A stretch of 64,000 nt of DNA from Alphaproteobacteria bacterium (lineage in GTDB: Bacteria; Pseudomonadota; Alphaproteobacteria; MPNO01): assembly GCA_965248835.1 (NCBI GenBank), contig CBDFLJ010000001.1:256001-320000 (forward strand), given 5' to 3'. Positions within the stretch are counted from its first letter, which is position 1. Every line of letters starts with the position of its first letter. Under the pieces are notes generated by a model, which was given only the letters and a program-made list of their open reading frames with translations, was not told where the DNA came from and made no database searches. A program made the translations under genes and the position numbers. Below are positions 49,788-59,101 of this stretch, in pieces.

Positions 49788-50462
49788 CTACCCGAGATGT
49801 TCGGCGAACAGCGCCAGGGCGCGTCCGTGGGCGCGCTCGCAGGCGCCGGGGTTGTAGACGTCGCGGTCGTCGCAGCAGAAGCCGTGCGCCGCATCGTCGT
49901 AGACGAAGCTCGGAACGTCAGGGTGGGCGTCGCGGATCTTCTGGACATCGCCCATCGGGATCGCATGGTCCTTGTCGCCCAGGTGGAACTGGACCGGGCA
50001 CCTGGGCGTGTCGTTGGCTGCGCGCGCGGCCACACCGCCGCCGTAGCAGCTCACCGAGCACGCCAGGCTGTCGAGCCCGCAGGCGCTGACCCAGGCGACA
50101 TAACCGCCGAAGCAGTAGCCGATCAGCCCGACCTTGCCGGCATCGGAGACCGCGGAGACCGCGGCATCGACATCGGCCAGGATCACGTCGTCGTTGAGCG
50201 AGCCGCGCAGGTCGCGCCCGCGCCCGAAGGAGACCTCGTCATAGCCGAGCTGGACCCCGGCCTCGGTGCGATCGAACAGGGCCGGCGCTATCGCCGCATA
50301 GCCGTGGCCGGCGAACTTGTCGACCAGGTCGCGGACGTGGCCGTTGACCCCGAAGATCTCCTGGATGACGACGATACCGCCCTTGGCGGTGCCCGACGGG
50401 TCGGCCCGGTAGGCGCCCAGCGAGTGGCCGTCCTTGGCGGTGAGCGTGATCGACTGTCCCAT
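49788..50462 (-). CDS. Dienelactone hydrolase family protein
   Basis: 'QEIFGVN', 'GYCFGG', 'HGF'. Confidence 0.92.
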   Translation of the reverse strand: MGQSITLTAKDGHSLGAYRADPSGTAKGGIVVIQEIFGVNGHVRDLVDKFAGHGYAAIAPALFDRTEAGVQLGYDEVSFGRGRDLRGSLNDDVILADVDAAVSAVSDAGKVGLIGYCFGGYVAWVSACGLDSLACSVSCYGGGVAARAANDTPRCPVQFHLGDKDHAIPMGDVQKIRDAHPDVPSFVYDDAAHGFCCDDRDVYNPGACERAHGRALALFAEHLG

Positions 50463-50545
50463 TCCCCATTTCTCCCTTGAGGCTGTTGCGGAGGCGAATT
50501 ATCGAAGGCGGCGCCCGGCGGACGCGCGGCCCCGAAATTGTATCG

Positions 50546-51643
50546 TCAAACGTTGAAACGAAAAAGGATCACATCCCCGTCGCGCACCAGGTAGTCGCGC
50601 CCTTCCCGGCGCATCTTGGCGGCCTCCTTGGCGCCCTGCTCGCCGCCGCAAGTGATGTAGTCGCGGTACGCGATGGTCTCCGCGGCGATAAAGCCGCGCG
50701 CGAAGTCGGTGTGAACCTTGCCCGCGGCATCCTGCGCGCGGGTCTCGGCGGGGATGGTCCAGGCCCTGGCCTCGGTCGGCCCGGCGGTGAAATAGGTGAT
50801 CAGCCCCAGGAGGTCATAGCCCGCGCGGATCACGCGCCCCAGGCCGGTCTCCGCAAGCCCCAGGGTGTCCAGGAACGCCGCACGCTCGGCCTCGTCGTCG
50901 AGCCCGGCGATCTCCGCCTCGATCGCCGCAGAGACGATCACCGACGGCGCGCCGATTTCCTTGGCCCATGCGGCGACGCGGTCCGAATAGGCGTTGCCGC
51001 GGGCGGCGGAGTCCTCATCGACGTTGCAGACGTAGAGGATCGGCTTGGCGCTCAGGAGCTGCATCTGGTGGAACAAGCCCATCTCGTCCTTGGCCGGCGA
51101 AAGCGCGCGGGCGGGTCTGCCGTCGCGGAGCAGGGCGGCGGCGCGCTCGACCATCGCCTGCATTGCGATCGCGTGCCTGTCGCCGCCGCGCGCCTTCTTG
51201 ACCAGCGGCTCCAGCCGGCGCTCGAGGCTCTCGAGGTCGGCCAGCATCAGCTCGGTCTCGACGATCTCGGCATCGCCTGTCGGGTCGGGCGCGCCGCCAT
51301 GGTCGACATCGTCGCTGTCGAAGCAGCGCAGGACGTGGGCGATTGCATCGACCTCGCGGATATGAGCGAGGAACTGGTTGCCCAGCCCCTCGCCGCGGCT
51401 TGCGCCCCGGACCAGACCGGCGATGTCGACGAAGTCGAGCTGAGCGGGCGTGATCTTTGCCGACTTCGCCAACGCCGCGAGCGGCGCGAGCCGATCCTCC
51501 GGCACCGCGATCCGCCCGAGATTGGGCTCGACGGTGGAAAAGGCGTAATTCGCCGCGACCGCGTTGCGCGACTCGGTAAGCGCGTTGAACAGGCACGACT
51601 TGCCGACATTGGGCAGGCCGACGATACCGCAGCGGAATCCCAT
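50546..51643 (-). CDS. ychF: Redox-regulated ATPase YchF
   Basis: 'GIVGLPNVGKS', 'DIAGLVRGASRGEGLGNQFL', C-terminal 'FRFNV'. Confidence 0.96.
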   Translation of the reverse strand: MGFRCGIVGLPNVGKSCLFNALTESRNAVAANYAFSTVEPNLGRIAVPEDRLAPLAALAKSAKITPAQLDFVDIAGLVRGASRGEGLGNQFLAHIREVDAIAHVLRCFDSDDVDHGGAPDPTGDAEIVETELMLADLESLERRLEPLVKKARGGDRHAIAMQAMVERAAALLRDGRPARALSPAKDEMGLFHQMQLLSAKPILYVCNVDEDSAARGNAYSDRVAAWAKEIGAPSVIVSAAIEAEIAGLDDEAERAAFLDTLGLAETGLGRVIRAGYDLLGLITYFTAGPTEARAWTIPAETRAQDAAGKVHTDFARGFIAAETIAYRDYITCGGEQGAKEAAKMRREGRDYLVRDGDVILFRFNV

Positions 51644-52257
51644 CAGGCGCCCACCTCCGGCGCCGGGCCGGACGGCTCGGGCGGCTTGGGCGGCGGGCAA
51701 AGCAAGGCGACCTTGGTCATGAAGCCGGCATCATCGCCCTGGATCACCATCGGAAATGCCTCGCAGACCGCCTCGACGAGCTTGGCGAACAGCGGCCGTT
51801 CGGCGGCCGGGAAATCGCTCAGGACATAGCGCTGGACCCGGTGCTTGTCGCCCGGATGGCCGATGCCGACGCGAATCCGGCGGAAGTCCGTGCCGATGTG
51901 GGAGGCGAGGCTGCGCAGCCCGTTGTGGCCGGCATGTCCGCCGCCCCTCTTGATCCGCACCTTGCCGGGTGCGAGGTCGAGTTCGTCATGGATGACGATG
52001 GCCATGCGCGCGCGCAGCTTGTGGAAGTTCAGCGCCGCGCGGACCGCGCGCCCGGACTCGTTCATGTATGTCTCGGGCTTCAGCAGCAGCACCGCCTCAC
52101 CGGCGATCTCTCCGGTCTGGACCCGGCCCTGGAAACGCCGGCGCGGCGCCGACAGGCCGTAGCGGACGGCCAGCGCATCGGCCAAGACGTAGCCGATATT
52201 GTGCCTATGGCGGGCGTGCTTCGCTCCGGGGTTTCCCAGCCCGACGATCAGCAGCAT
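51643..52257 (-). CDS. pth: Peptidyl-tRNA hydrolase
   Basis: 'GLGNPG', 'RHNIG', 'YMNESG', 'HDELDL', 'GHNGLRS'. Confidence 0.97.
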   Translation of the reverse strand: MLLIVGLGNPGAKHARHRHNIGYVLADALAVRYGLSAPRRRFQGRVQTGEIAGEAVLLLKPETYMNESGRAVRAALNFHKLRARMAIVIHDELDLAPGKVRIKRGGGHAGHNGLRSLASHIGTDFRRIRVGIGHPGDKHRVQRYVLSDFPAAERPLFAKLVEAVCEAFPMVIQGDDAGFMTKVALLCPPPKPPEPSGPAPEVGA

Positions 52258-52283
52258 CGATCCCGGCGCGGCCGGTGCCGCGC

Positions 52284-52964
52284 CTATTGCTCGGCCGGCG
52301 GAGTCTCCGACTCATCCGCCGGGGCTTCGCCCTCGGCCGGCGGGGTCTCGCCTTCGGCCGCAGCCTCGCCTTCGCCCTCTTCCGCCTCCTCGAGCACGAC
52401 CGTGGGCGCGGCGACCGTAGCGATGGTGAAGTCGCGGTCGGTGATCGTGAAGCCGACCCCTTCGGGCAAGGTGATCATGCTCGCGTGCGCGCTGCCGCCG
52501 ATATCGAAGCCTTCCAGGCTGATCTCGAACGTGGTCGGGATCTGGTCGGCGGTGCACAGCACCTCGACGTTGTGGCGCACGATGTTGAGCACGCCGCCGC
52601 GCTTCAGGCCTGGCGAGAGATCCTCGTCGACGAACCGCACCGGTACCGCGACCGTCAGTTTGCGCGTCGCGGAGAAGCGCAGGAAATCGACATGCAGCGG
52701 CCGGTCGCTGACCGGATGGTATTGCACCTCACGCGGGAGCACGCGGTGCGTTTGGCCGTCGACCTCGATGTCGAGCAGGCGGATGAAGAATCCCGGCTGG
52801 TCGAGCTCGTGCTCCAGATGCCGCTGCTCGACGCTGATCATGATCGGGGCGAGCTCGTTGCCGTAGATCTGCGCCGGGACCAGGCCCTGCCGGCGCGTGG
52901 CGCGGGCCGCGCCTTTGCCGGCGTGCGCGCGCGGCGCCGCGGTAATCGTTATAACCTCAGCCAT
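52284..52964 (-). CDS. rplY: 50S ribosomal protein bL25/Ctc
   Basis: 'GKGAARATRRQGLVPAQIYG', 'HVDF', 'GLKRGG', acidic tail. Confidence 0.95.
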   Translation of the reverse strand: MAEVITITAAPRAHAGKGAARATRRQGLVPAQIYGNELAPIMISVEQRHLEHELDQPGFFIRLLDIEVDGQTHRVLPREVQYHPVSDRPLHVDFLRFSATRKLTVAVPVRFVDEDLSPGLKRGGVLNIVRHNVEVLCTADQIPTTFEISLEGFDIGGSAHASMITLPEGVGFTITDRDFTIATVAAPTVVLEEAEEGEGEAAAEGETPPAEGEAPADESETPPAEQ

Positions 52965-53074
52965 CTCGTCCCGCCTCCAGAAGCCGCAGCCGCACCGGCA
53001 CATGGGCACGTTTCCGGTGCCCGCGCTTGCGTGATCATCCCGTGAAGGCAGGGTATTTATCCGCTGATGCGGGT

Positions 53075-54007
53075 TTAGTCAAACAGGCTGGAGACCGACT
53101 GTTCCTCGCTGATCCGCTTGATCGCCTCGGCCATCAGCGGCGCGATGGAGATCTGGGAGACGTTCTCGCAAACCCGTACCGCCTCGGTCGACAGGATGCT
53201 GTCGGTGGTGACCAGCCGGCTCATCTGCGAAGACGAAACCCGCGAGACCGCCCCGCCCGACAACACGCCGTGGGTCGCGTAGGCGAAGACCGATGCCGCG
53301 CCGTGCTCGGTCAGCGCGTTGGCGGCATTGCACAGCGTGCCGGCCGAATCGACGATGTCGTCGACCAGCACACAGTTCCGGCCGCGCACGTCGCCGATGA
53401 CGTTCATCACCTCCGAGACGCCGGCCCTTTCGCGCCGCTTGTCGATAATCGCAAGATCGGTATCGAGCCGCCGTGCCACCGCGCGCGCCCGGATGACCCC
53501 GCCGACATCGGGCGAGATGATCGTCAGGTCCTCGCCGTTGAACTGCTCGTTGATATGGCGCACGAAGACCGGTGCCGCAAAAAGATTATCCAGCGGGATG
53601 TCGAAGAACCCCTGGATCTGGCCGGCATGGAGGTCCAGGGTGAGCACCCGGTCCGCCCCTGCGGTGGTGATCAGGTTGGCTACCAGCTTGGCCGAGATCG
53701 GCGTGCGGGGTCCGGACTTCCGATCCTGGCGGGCGTAGCCGAAATAGGGGACCACCGCGGTGATGCGCCGGGCCGAGCCGCGCCTGAGCGCATCCAGCAT
53801 CACCAGCAGTTCCATGAGGTTGTCGTTCGCCGGATAGGAGGTTGACTGGATCACGAACACGTCCTGGCCGCGGACGTTCTCGTGGATTTCGACGAAGCAC
53901 TCCAGGTCGGAGAAGCGGCGGATGCTGGCCTGGGCAAGGGGAAGCTGCAGGTACGCCGCGATAGCCTCGGCCAAAGGGCGATTACTGTTCCCGGCGACGA
54001 GCTTCAT
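53075..54007 (-). CDS. prs: Ribose-phosphate pyrophosphokinase
   Basis: '[10 protein letters not shown]', '[11 protein letters not shown]', '[10 protein letters not shown]'. Confidence 0.97.
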   Translation of the reverse strand: MKLVAGNSNRPLAEAIAAYLQLPLAQASIRRFSDLECFVEIHENVRGQDVFVIQSTSYPANDNLMELLVMLDALRRGSARRITAVVPYFGYARQDRKSGPRTPISAKLVANLITTAGADRVLTLDLHAGQIQGFFDIPLDNLFAAPVFVRHINEQFNGEDLTIISPDVGGVIRARAVARRLDTDLAIIDKRRERAGVSEVMNVIGDVRGRNCVLVDDIVDSAGTLCNAANALTEHGAASVFAYATHGVLSGGAVSRVSSSQMSRLVTTDSILSTEAVRVCENVSQISIAPLMAEAIKRISEEQSVSSLFD

Positions 54008-54154
54008 CGCGCCCTTTCGGAGACTCCGCAACGGAACCGCGGCCGGGCCGCAGCAAACCCCACCGGCGGCGTCACTCTATCAACGACCAGGAAAACTGTA
54101 AACGGTCTGTCATGATTCAGGACACAAAGACCGGTGGAGCATCCGCGGTCTCGA

Positions 54155-55366
54155 TCACGGCGCCTCAGCCCACGGCCGGACGATCAGCCCATAGGCCGCG
54201 ATCGGGCACAGCGAGGCGATGCCGATGGCGATCACCATGGGGATCTGGGTGCCGTCGGCGAAATAGCCGACCAGCGCGCCGGTCGCCGAGCTGAAGGCAA
54301 GCTGGACGAAGCCCATCATCGAGGCGGCGGCGCCGGTGTTGCGGTCGAACAGCGACATCGCTGCGGCCTGGGCCGGCGGGACGATGAAGCAGAAGGCGAA
54401 CATGAAGATGCCCACCGGCACGACGACCGCCGCGGCCGTGTCGATGCGCGCCAGGCCGAGTCCGGCGACGGCGATCCCCGATGCGGCCATGACCAGGGCG
54501 CCGGGCACGATCATGCCGGCGATCGCGCGCCGCCGGACCAGCCGCGCGCTTGCCCAGGTCCCGGCCAGGTAAACCAGCATCGTCGCCGAGACCAGATAGC
54601 CGAAATCGGCCACCGACAGGCCGAACTGGTTGATCAGCGTCGCCGGCGAGGCGAACAGGAACGCGAACAGCCCGCTATAGCAGGCCGCCATCGCCAGGAG
54701 ATAGCCGACATAGGGCCGGTTGGTCAGCACCCGCACATAGTTGTTCAACAGATCCGCCGGCCTGGTTGCCGTCGGATCGCGCTCGGCAAGCGACTCTCCG
54801 AGCGAACGCCAGACCAGCACCATCAGGATCGCGGTATAGGCGGCGAGGAACCAGAAGGCGGCCTGCCATCCGAACCGGATCGTCAAGTGGGCGCCCAGGA
54901 TGGGGCCGATGAGGGGTGCGAACCCGTGGACCATCATGATCTGGGCATACATGCGGGCGGCATCCTCGTCGCGGTAGAGATCCCGAACGACCGCGCGCGC
55001 CAGCACCGACATCGCGCACGCTGCCAGGCCGTGAACCGCACGGAAGGCGGTCAGCGCCTCGATCGAGGGCGCGAACGCACATCCGAGCGAGGCCGCGAAG
55101 AAGAGTCCGAGTCCGACCATCAGGACCGGTCGGCGGCCGAACCGGTCCGAGACCGGCCCATAGATGAGCTGCCCGGCGGCGAGGCCGGCGACGAAGGCGC
55201 TGAGGCTGAACTGGACCGCCGCATTGCTCACCCCGAAGGCGGCCGCGGTCATCGGCATCGACGGCAGGGTCAGGTCGATCGCAAAAGGCAGCGTCGCCAG
55301 CAGGAGGCCGAGCAAGACGACCAGGAACACGAGATTGCGCCGGCCCGCCGACGGCGCCGGCGTCAC
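54155..55366 (-). CDS. Bcr/CflA-family MFS efflux transporter
   Basis: 'IDLTLPS', 'GPVSDRFGRRPV', multiple hydrophobic helices. Confidence 0.88.
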   Translation of the reverse strand: MTPAPSAGRRNLVFLVVLLGLLLATLPFAIDLTLPSMPMTAAAFGVSNAAVQFSLSAFVAGLAAGQLIYGPVSDRFGRRPVLMVGLGLFFAASLGCAFAPSIEALTAFRAVHGLAACAMSVLARAVVRDLYRDEDAARMYAQIMMVHGFAPLIGPILGAHLTIRFGWQAAFWFLAAYTAILMVLVWRSLGESLAERDPTATRPADLLNNYVRVLTNRPYVGYLLAMAACYSGLFAFLFASPATLINQFGLSVADFGYLVSATMLVYLAGTWASARLVRRRAIAGMIVPGALVMAASGIAVAGLGLARIDTAAAVVVPVGIFMFAFCFIVPPAQAAAMSLFDRNTGAAASMMGFVQLAFSSATGALVGYFADGTQIPMVIAIGIASLCPIAAYGLIVRPWAEAP

Positions 55367-55384
55367 GAGCGTTCCAACACGATC

Positions 55385-55855
55385 TCAGCCGCTGTTCTCG
55401 ACATCGGCGATGATGTTGCCGCGCAGGTCCCGCAACAGAGTCTTGAGCTGTTCCTGCTCTTCGCGGGTGAGGTTGGCCACACCCAGCCGGTTGATCGCCT
55501 CGACTTCAGGCATGACCAGGTCGTAGATCTGGCGCCCCTTCTCGGTCAGGAAGACGTTGATCATACGGCCGTCGTCCACGTTGTTGACCCGTTTGACGAG
55601 GCCGCGCTCCTCCAGCCGGTTGACCGCCGCGACCGTGGTCGGACCCTTCATCCGGACCCGCTCGGACAGCTCGCGCTGGGTCAGCCCGTCCTCCTGCCAC
55701 AGGGCGCGGAGGAACGGCCACAGGCCGAACGTCACCCCGTGGCGGGAGATGCGCCTGGAGAAGCGGGACGTGAAGGCCCGGGTGGTGTCCCACAGCAGGA
55801 AACCCAAGGTCTCCTCGGGCGCAAACGGGTCGTGTCGCGACATGGCGAACGACAT
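55385..55855 (-). CDS. MarR-family transcriptional regulator
   Basis: 'LTQRELS', 'LEERGLVKR..DDGR..VFLTEKG'. Confidence 0.92.
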   Translation of the reverse strand: MSFAMSRHDPFAPEETLGFLLWDTTRAFTSRFSRRISRHGVTFGLWPFLRALWQEDGLTQRELSERVRMKGPTTVAAVNRLEERGLVKRVNNVDDGRMINVFLTEKGRQIYDLVMPEVEAINRLGVANLTREEQEQLKTLLRDLRGNIIADVENSG

Positions 55856-55894
55856 AATACACCGGGGGTTGCAAAGAAAGGTCGCGGGCGCGCC

Positions 55895-57076
55895 TCAACC
55901 GTCGAACGGCCGGAAGGGCTTCGACAGCGCGATCCCCTGACCCTGGTAGCTGGAACCCAGATCGGTCCCGTAGACCCTGTCCGGCTTGCCGCCGGCGATC
56001 CACGAATAACGGAGCCAGCCGACAATCTGGGCATGCTCGAGCGAGAAGGAGACACCGTAGGAGCGCACCTCCAGGACCGCCCTGCTTCCGCGGGCCTGCC
56101 CGTCGATCCAGCCAAAGCCGGGATCGAAAAAGCCCGCATAATGCGCCCGATACTCGCCGGAGATCGGATCGAAGGGCACCATCTCGGCCGCAAGCTGGGG
56201 CGGAACGCCGATGTCCTCGCGCGTGCCCAGGATATGGAAATCGCCCGGGTCGAGATAAATTCGACCGTTGTCGGCCGGCATCTTCTCCCAGAAATCGCCC
56301 GGTCGGTAGAAATTCACCTTGTCGATATCGATCTTGTTGGTGTTTTTTTTCGCCTTGAAGCCGACCGCGGCGGCGGGGCCGCCGCCGCGCAGGTCGACGG
56401 TGACCGGGACCATCGCTTCGCGCAGCGGCAACCGTCCGCCATCGACCCGCAGCAGGTCTCCGCGCTCATAGCGCGACTGGATCTCACTTGCCGGCATGGC
56501 GGGCTTGCCACGCTGGAACCTTACCTGGGTCAGACGAGACCCCTGGCGAACGACGATGCTGAAGGTCTGGGGGGCGATTTCGACGAAAAGCGGTCCCCGG
56601 TAGCCGGCCTCGATCCGGTCGAAGGCGGTCGCCCGATCGGTCACCAGCCTGGTCAGGACGTCCAGGCGCCCGATCGAGCTCTTCGGGTTGGCGATTCCCA
56701 GGATGTCGCTTGGAAGGCGGGCGTGCTCCTCGATCTCGGCGACATAGACGACGCCCTTTTCAAGGACCGCCCCTTCGGCCAGATCGATGGCGGGCAGCCC
56801 GTCAAGCTGCGCGATTCTTTCCATGACCGCGGAATTCGAGTTCGGCAGAAAGCTCGCGCGGACCCGGTAGGCGCGCCGCCCCAACCGCAGGTCCAGGCTC
56901 GCCGGCTGGAGTTGCGACGGCTCGATATCCTTGGTGGATTCGACGCCCCCCTCGCGGATCAGGGCACCGATGCCCTGATAGGGGATGATTCCGGTATTCC
57001 GGTAGTGAAGGACGTTGCCGGAGCTTCCGCCTCCATCCATCGAGAAAAGTCCAGGCCCGCCGCCCTTCTCGGTCAT
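55895..57076 (-). CDS. dcd: dCTP deaminase, long two-domain form
   Basis: 'QPASLDLRLG', 'ANPKSSIGRLD', 'HYAGFFDPGFG', 'YQGQG'. Confidence 0.88.
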   Translation of the reverse strand: MTEKGGGPGLFSMDGGGSSGNVLHYRNTGIIPYQGIGALIREGGVESTKDIEPSQLQPASLDLRLGRRAYRVRASFLPNSNSAVMERIAQLDGLPAIDLAEGAVLEKGVVYVAEIEEHARLPSDILGIANPKSSIGRLDVLTRLVTDRATAFDRIEAGYRGPLFVEIAPQTFSIVVRQGSRLTQVRFQRGKPAMPASEIQSRYERGDLLRVDGGRLPLREAMVPVTVDLRGGGPAAAVGFKAKKNTNKIDIDKVNFYRPGDFWEKMPADNGRIYLDPGDFHILGTREDIGVPPQLAAEMVPFDPISGEYRAHYAGFFDPGFGWIDGQARGSRAVLEVRSYGVSFSLEHAQIVGWLRYSWIAGGKPDRVYGTDLGSSYQGQGIALSKPFRPFDG

Positions 57077-57318
57077 TGTTGCCCGCCAATCGCGCCCGCC
57101 TCGGCGGTTCACTCTATTCTGCCGAAAAGGCGTGGCAAGAGAATAGGGCTCACAGCTTGTCCCCCGAATCATTCGCGCCCGGGGTGATGCTCAACCGGTT
57201 GAATCCGGCCGGGCAGAGATGCCTTTCCCCGTTATGCACACAGGCTGGGGATATCCTTCTGTGGATGGAATTTGCCCCGAACCGAGGAGCGTTCACCCCG
57301 CTTCGGCGCAATAAGGCT

Positions 57319-57380
57319 CGGGCCGCGCACGGGCCGCGCACGGGCCGCACACGGGCCGCACAGGGGCCGCACAGGGGCCG
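57319..57380. repeat. 11-bp tandem repeat, about 5.6 copies
   Basis: CGGGCCGCGCA x2, CGGGCCGCACA x2, GGGGCCGCACA, GGGGCCG. Confidence 0.85.
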
Positions 57381-57397
57381 GCCGAGGCCCGGGCTGA

Positions 57398-57441
57398 TTG
57401 ACTCTCCGACCCCCAGTCGTTAGTCGTTCGTCATCTAACGA
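57398..57441 (+). promoter_or_regulatory. Putative sigma70 promoter overlapped by a MarR-type operator
   Basis: TTGACT (57398-57403), 17-bp spacer, TAGTCG; dyad TCGTTCG-TCAT-CTAACGA (57424-57441). Confidence 0.5.
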
Positions 57442-57473
57442 ATTGGCCCTGGAGACCACGGGGAGGACGCGCG

Positions 57474-58292
57474 ATGGCCTACGAGACGATCGAGATCGAC
57501 ATCGAGGACGGCGTGGGCGTCCTCACGCTCAACCGGCCGGAAAAGAAGAACGCGATGAACCCGCGCCTCCACGAGGAAGTGACCGAGGCGCTGGAGAGGC
57601 TGCGTTATGACGACGACGTCCGGGTGCTGGTCGTCACCGGAGCCGGCGATTCGTTCTCGGCCGGCATGGACCTCAAGGAGTTTTTCATCGAGCTCAAGTC
57701 CAAGCCCGCCGAGTACGACCGGATCACCCGGATCTCGATCGAATGGCGCGGCCGAACGCTGCGCTATTTCCCCAAGCCCACCATCGCTATGGTCAACGGC
57801 TACTGCTTCGGTGGCGCGTTCACCATCGTGGAGGCCTGCGACCTCGCGGTCGCGGCCGAGGACGCGAAGATGGGGCTGAGCGAGATCAACTTCAAAATGT
57901 TCCCCGGCGGCAGCGTCTCGAAATCGATGGGCAATTTGCTGCGCCCGCGCGATTATCTCTGGTATGCGATGACCGGCCGACCGTTCTCCGGCGCGGTCGC
58001 CGCCGAGATCGGCTTCGTCAATTTCGCCTTCCCGGCTGCCCGGCTGCGCGAGGAGACCATGAACGCGGCCCGCGAAATCGCCGCCAAGGACCCCTCGGCG
58101 CTGCGCGCGACCAAGGACGCCTACCGGTTCTCGCTCGACATGGACTGGGACACCGCGATGAGCTACGCATCGGCGATGGAGGCGCAGCATACCCAGCGCC
58201 AGGACGATGCGTTCCGCAAGGAGGGAATCGGCGATTTCCTCGACAAGAAGTACCGCCCGGGCCTCGGTGGCCACGAGAACGCCGGCGCCTAG
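57474..58292 (+). CDS. Crotonase-family enzyme, HCHL/Ech-like paralog
   Basis: 'NRPEKKNAMNP', 'AGMDLKEFF', 'MVNGYCFGG', 'LSEINF'. Confidence 0.85.
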   Translation: MAYETIEIDIEDGVGVLTLNRPEKKNAMNPRLHEEVTEALERLRYDDDVRVLVVTGAGDSFSAGMDLKEFFIELKSKPAEYDRITRISIEWRGRTLRYFPKPTIAMVNGYCFGGAFTIVEACDLAVAAEDAKMGLSEINFKMFPGGSVSKSMGNLLRPRDYLWYAMTGRPFSGAVAAEIGFVNFAFPAARLREETMNAAREIAAKDPSALRATKDAYRFSLDMDWDTAMSYASAMEAQHTQRQDDAFRKEGIGDFLDKKYRPGLGGHENAGA

Positions 58293-58320
58293 CGATATGA
58301 TGTGAGTCCGGGAGACGACG

Positions 58321-59097
58321 ATGGCCACCTGCACCGAAAGCACATTCGACTACAAAGGCTCCAACGTCTTCCTGCGGCGCGGCGGGGCCGGCGCGCCGCT
58401 GTTGTTCCTGCACGGCGCCGGCGGTGTCGCCGACTGGTTGCCCTTTCTCGACAAACTCTCCGATGATTTCGACGTGATCGTGCTGGACCATCCGACCTTC
58501 GGCCGCTCGGATGAGCCCGACTGGGTCGAGGACGTGGCCGACATGGCCTATTTCTATCTCGACTTCATGGAGAGCAACGGCCTGGAGGACGTCCATCTCG
58601 TCGGCCAGTCGCTCGGCGGCTGGATCGCGCTGGAGATGGCGATCCGCAACACCGCGCGCATCAAGTCTCTGACGCTGGTCGGCTCGGCAGGTATCCGCAT
58701 CAAGGGGCAGCCGGCGGCCGACATCTTCATGATGGACGATGAGGAGCTCGCCCGGGTGCTGCTGGTCGACGAGAACCGGATCCAGGCGATGCTGGCCATG
58801 GAGCTGACCGAGGAACAGCAGGATACGGTGATCAAGAACAAGGTCGCCACCGCCCGGCTGGGCTGGCAGCCGCGCCTGTTCAACCCGCGGCTGCGCAAGT
58901 GGATGCACCGGATCGACGTCCCGACCCATATCATCTGGGGTGCGGCCGACAAGGTGATCCCGCCGAGCTATGCCGCGGAGTTCCAACGCCTGATCGAGGG
59001 TTCGAAGGTGACCATGATCGACGGCTGCGGCCATTTGCCGAACATCGAGCAGACCGAGGTCTTCGTCGATGCGGTCGGCGGTTTCCTGAAAGGGTAA
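58321..59097 (+). CDS. Alpha/beta hydrolase
   Basis: 'LHGAGG', 'GQSLGG', 'WGAADK', 'GHLPNIE'. Confidence 0.9.
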   Translation: MATCTESTFDYKGSNVFLRRGGAGAPLLFLHGAGGVADWLPFLDKLSDDFDVIVLDHPTFGRSDEPDWVEDVADMAYFYLDFMESNGLEDVHLVGQSLGGWIALEMAIRNTARIKSLTLVGSAGIRIKGQPAADIFMMDDEELARVLLVDENRIQAMLAMELTEEQQDTVIKNKVATARLGWQPRLFNPRLRKWMHRIDVPTHIIWGAADKVIPPSYAAEFQRLIEGSKVTMIDGCGHLPNIEQTEVFVDAVGGFLKG

Positions 59098-59101
59098 GCC
59101 C

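Noticed and set aside
54134-57187. 1017-aa plus-strand ORF and similar long antisense ORFs (e.g. 32848-35409, 25514-27556, 23002-24861)
   Set aside because: Shadow frames of well-supported genes in high-GC DNA; no recognisable motifs.
57191-57268. Chromosomal replication origin
   Set aside because: Only one good DnaA box, no AT-rich unwinding element, and no dnaA/hemE/parAB context.
57319-57380. Repeat array as possible CRISPR or iterons
   Set aside because: Contiguous 11-bp units without spacers; no cas or rep gene.
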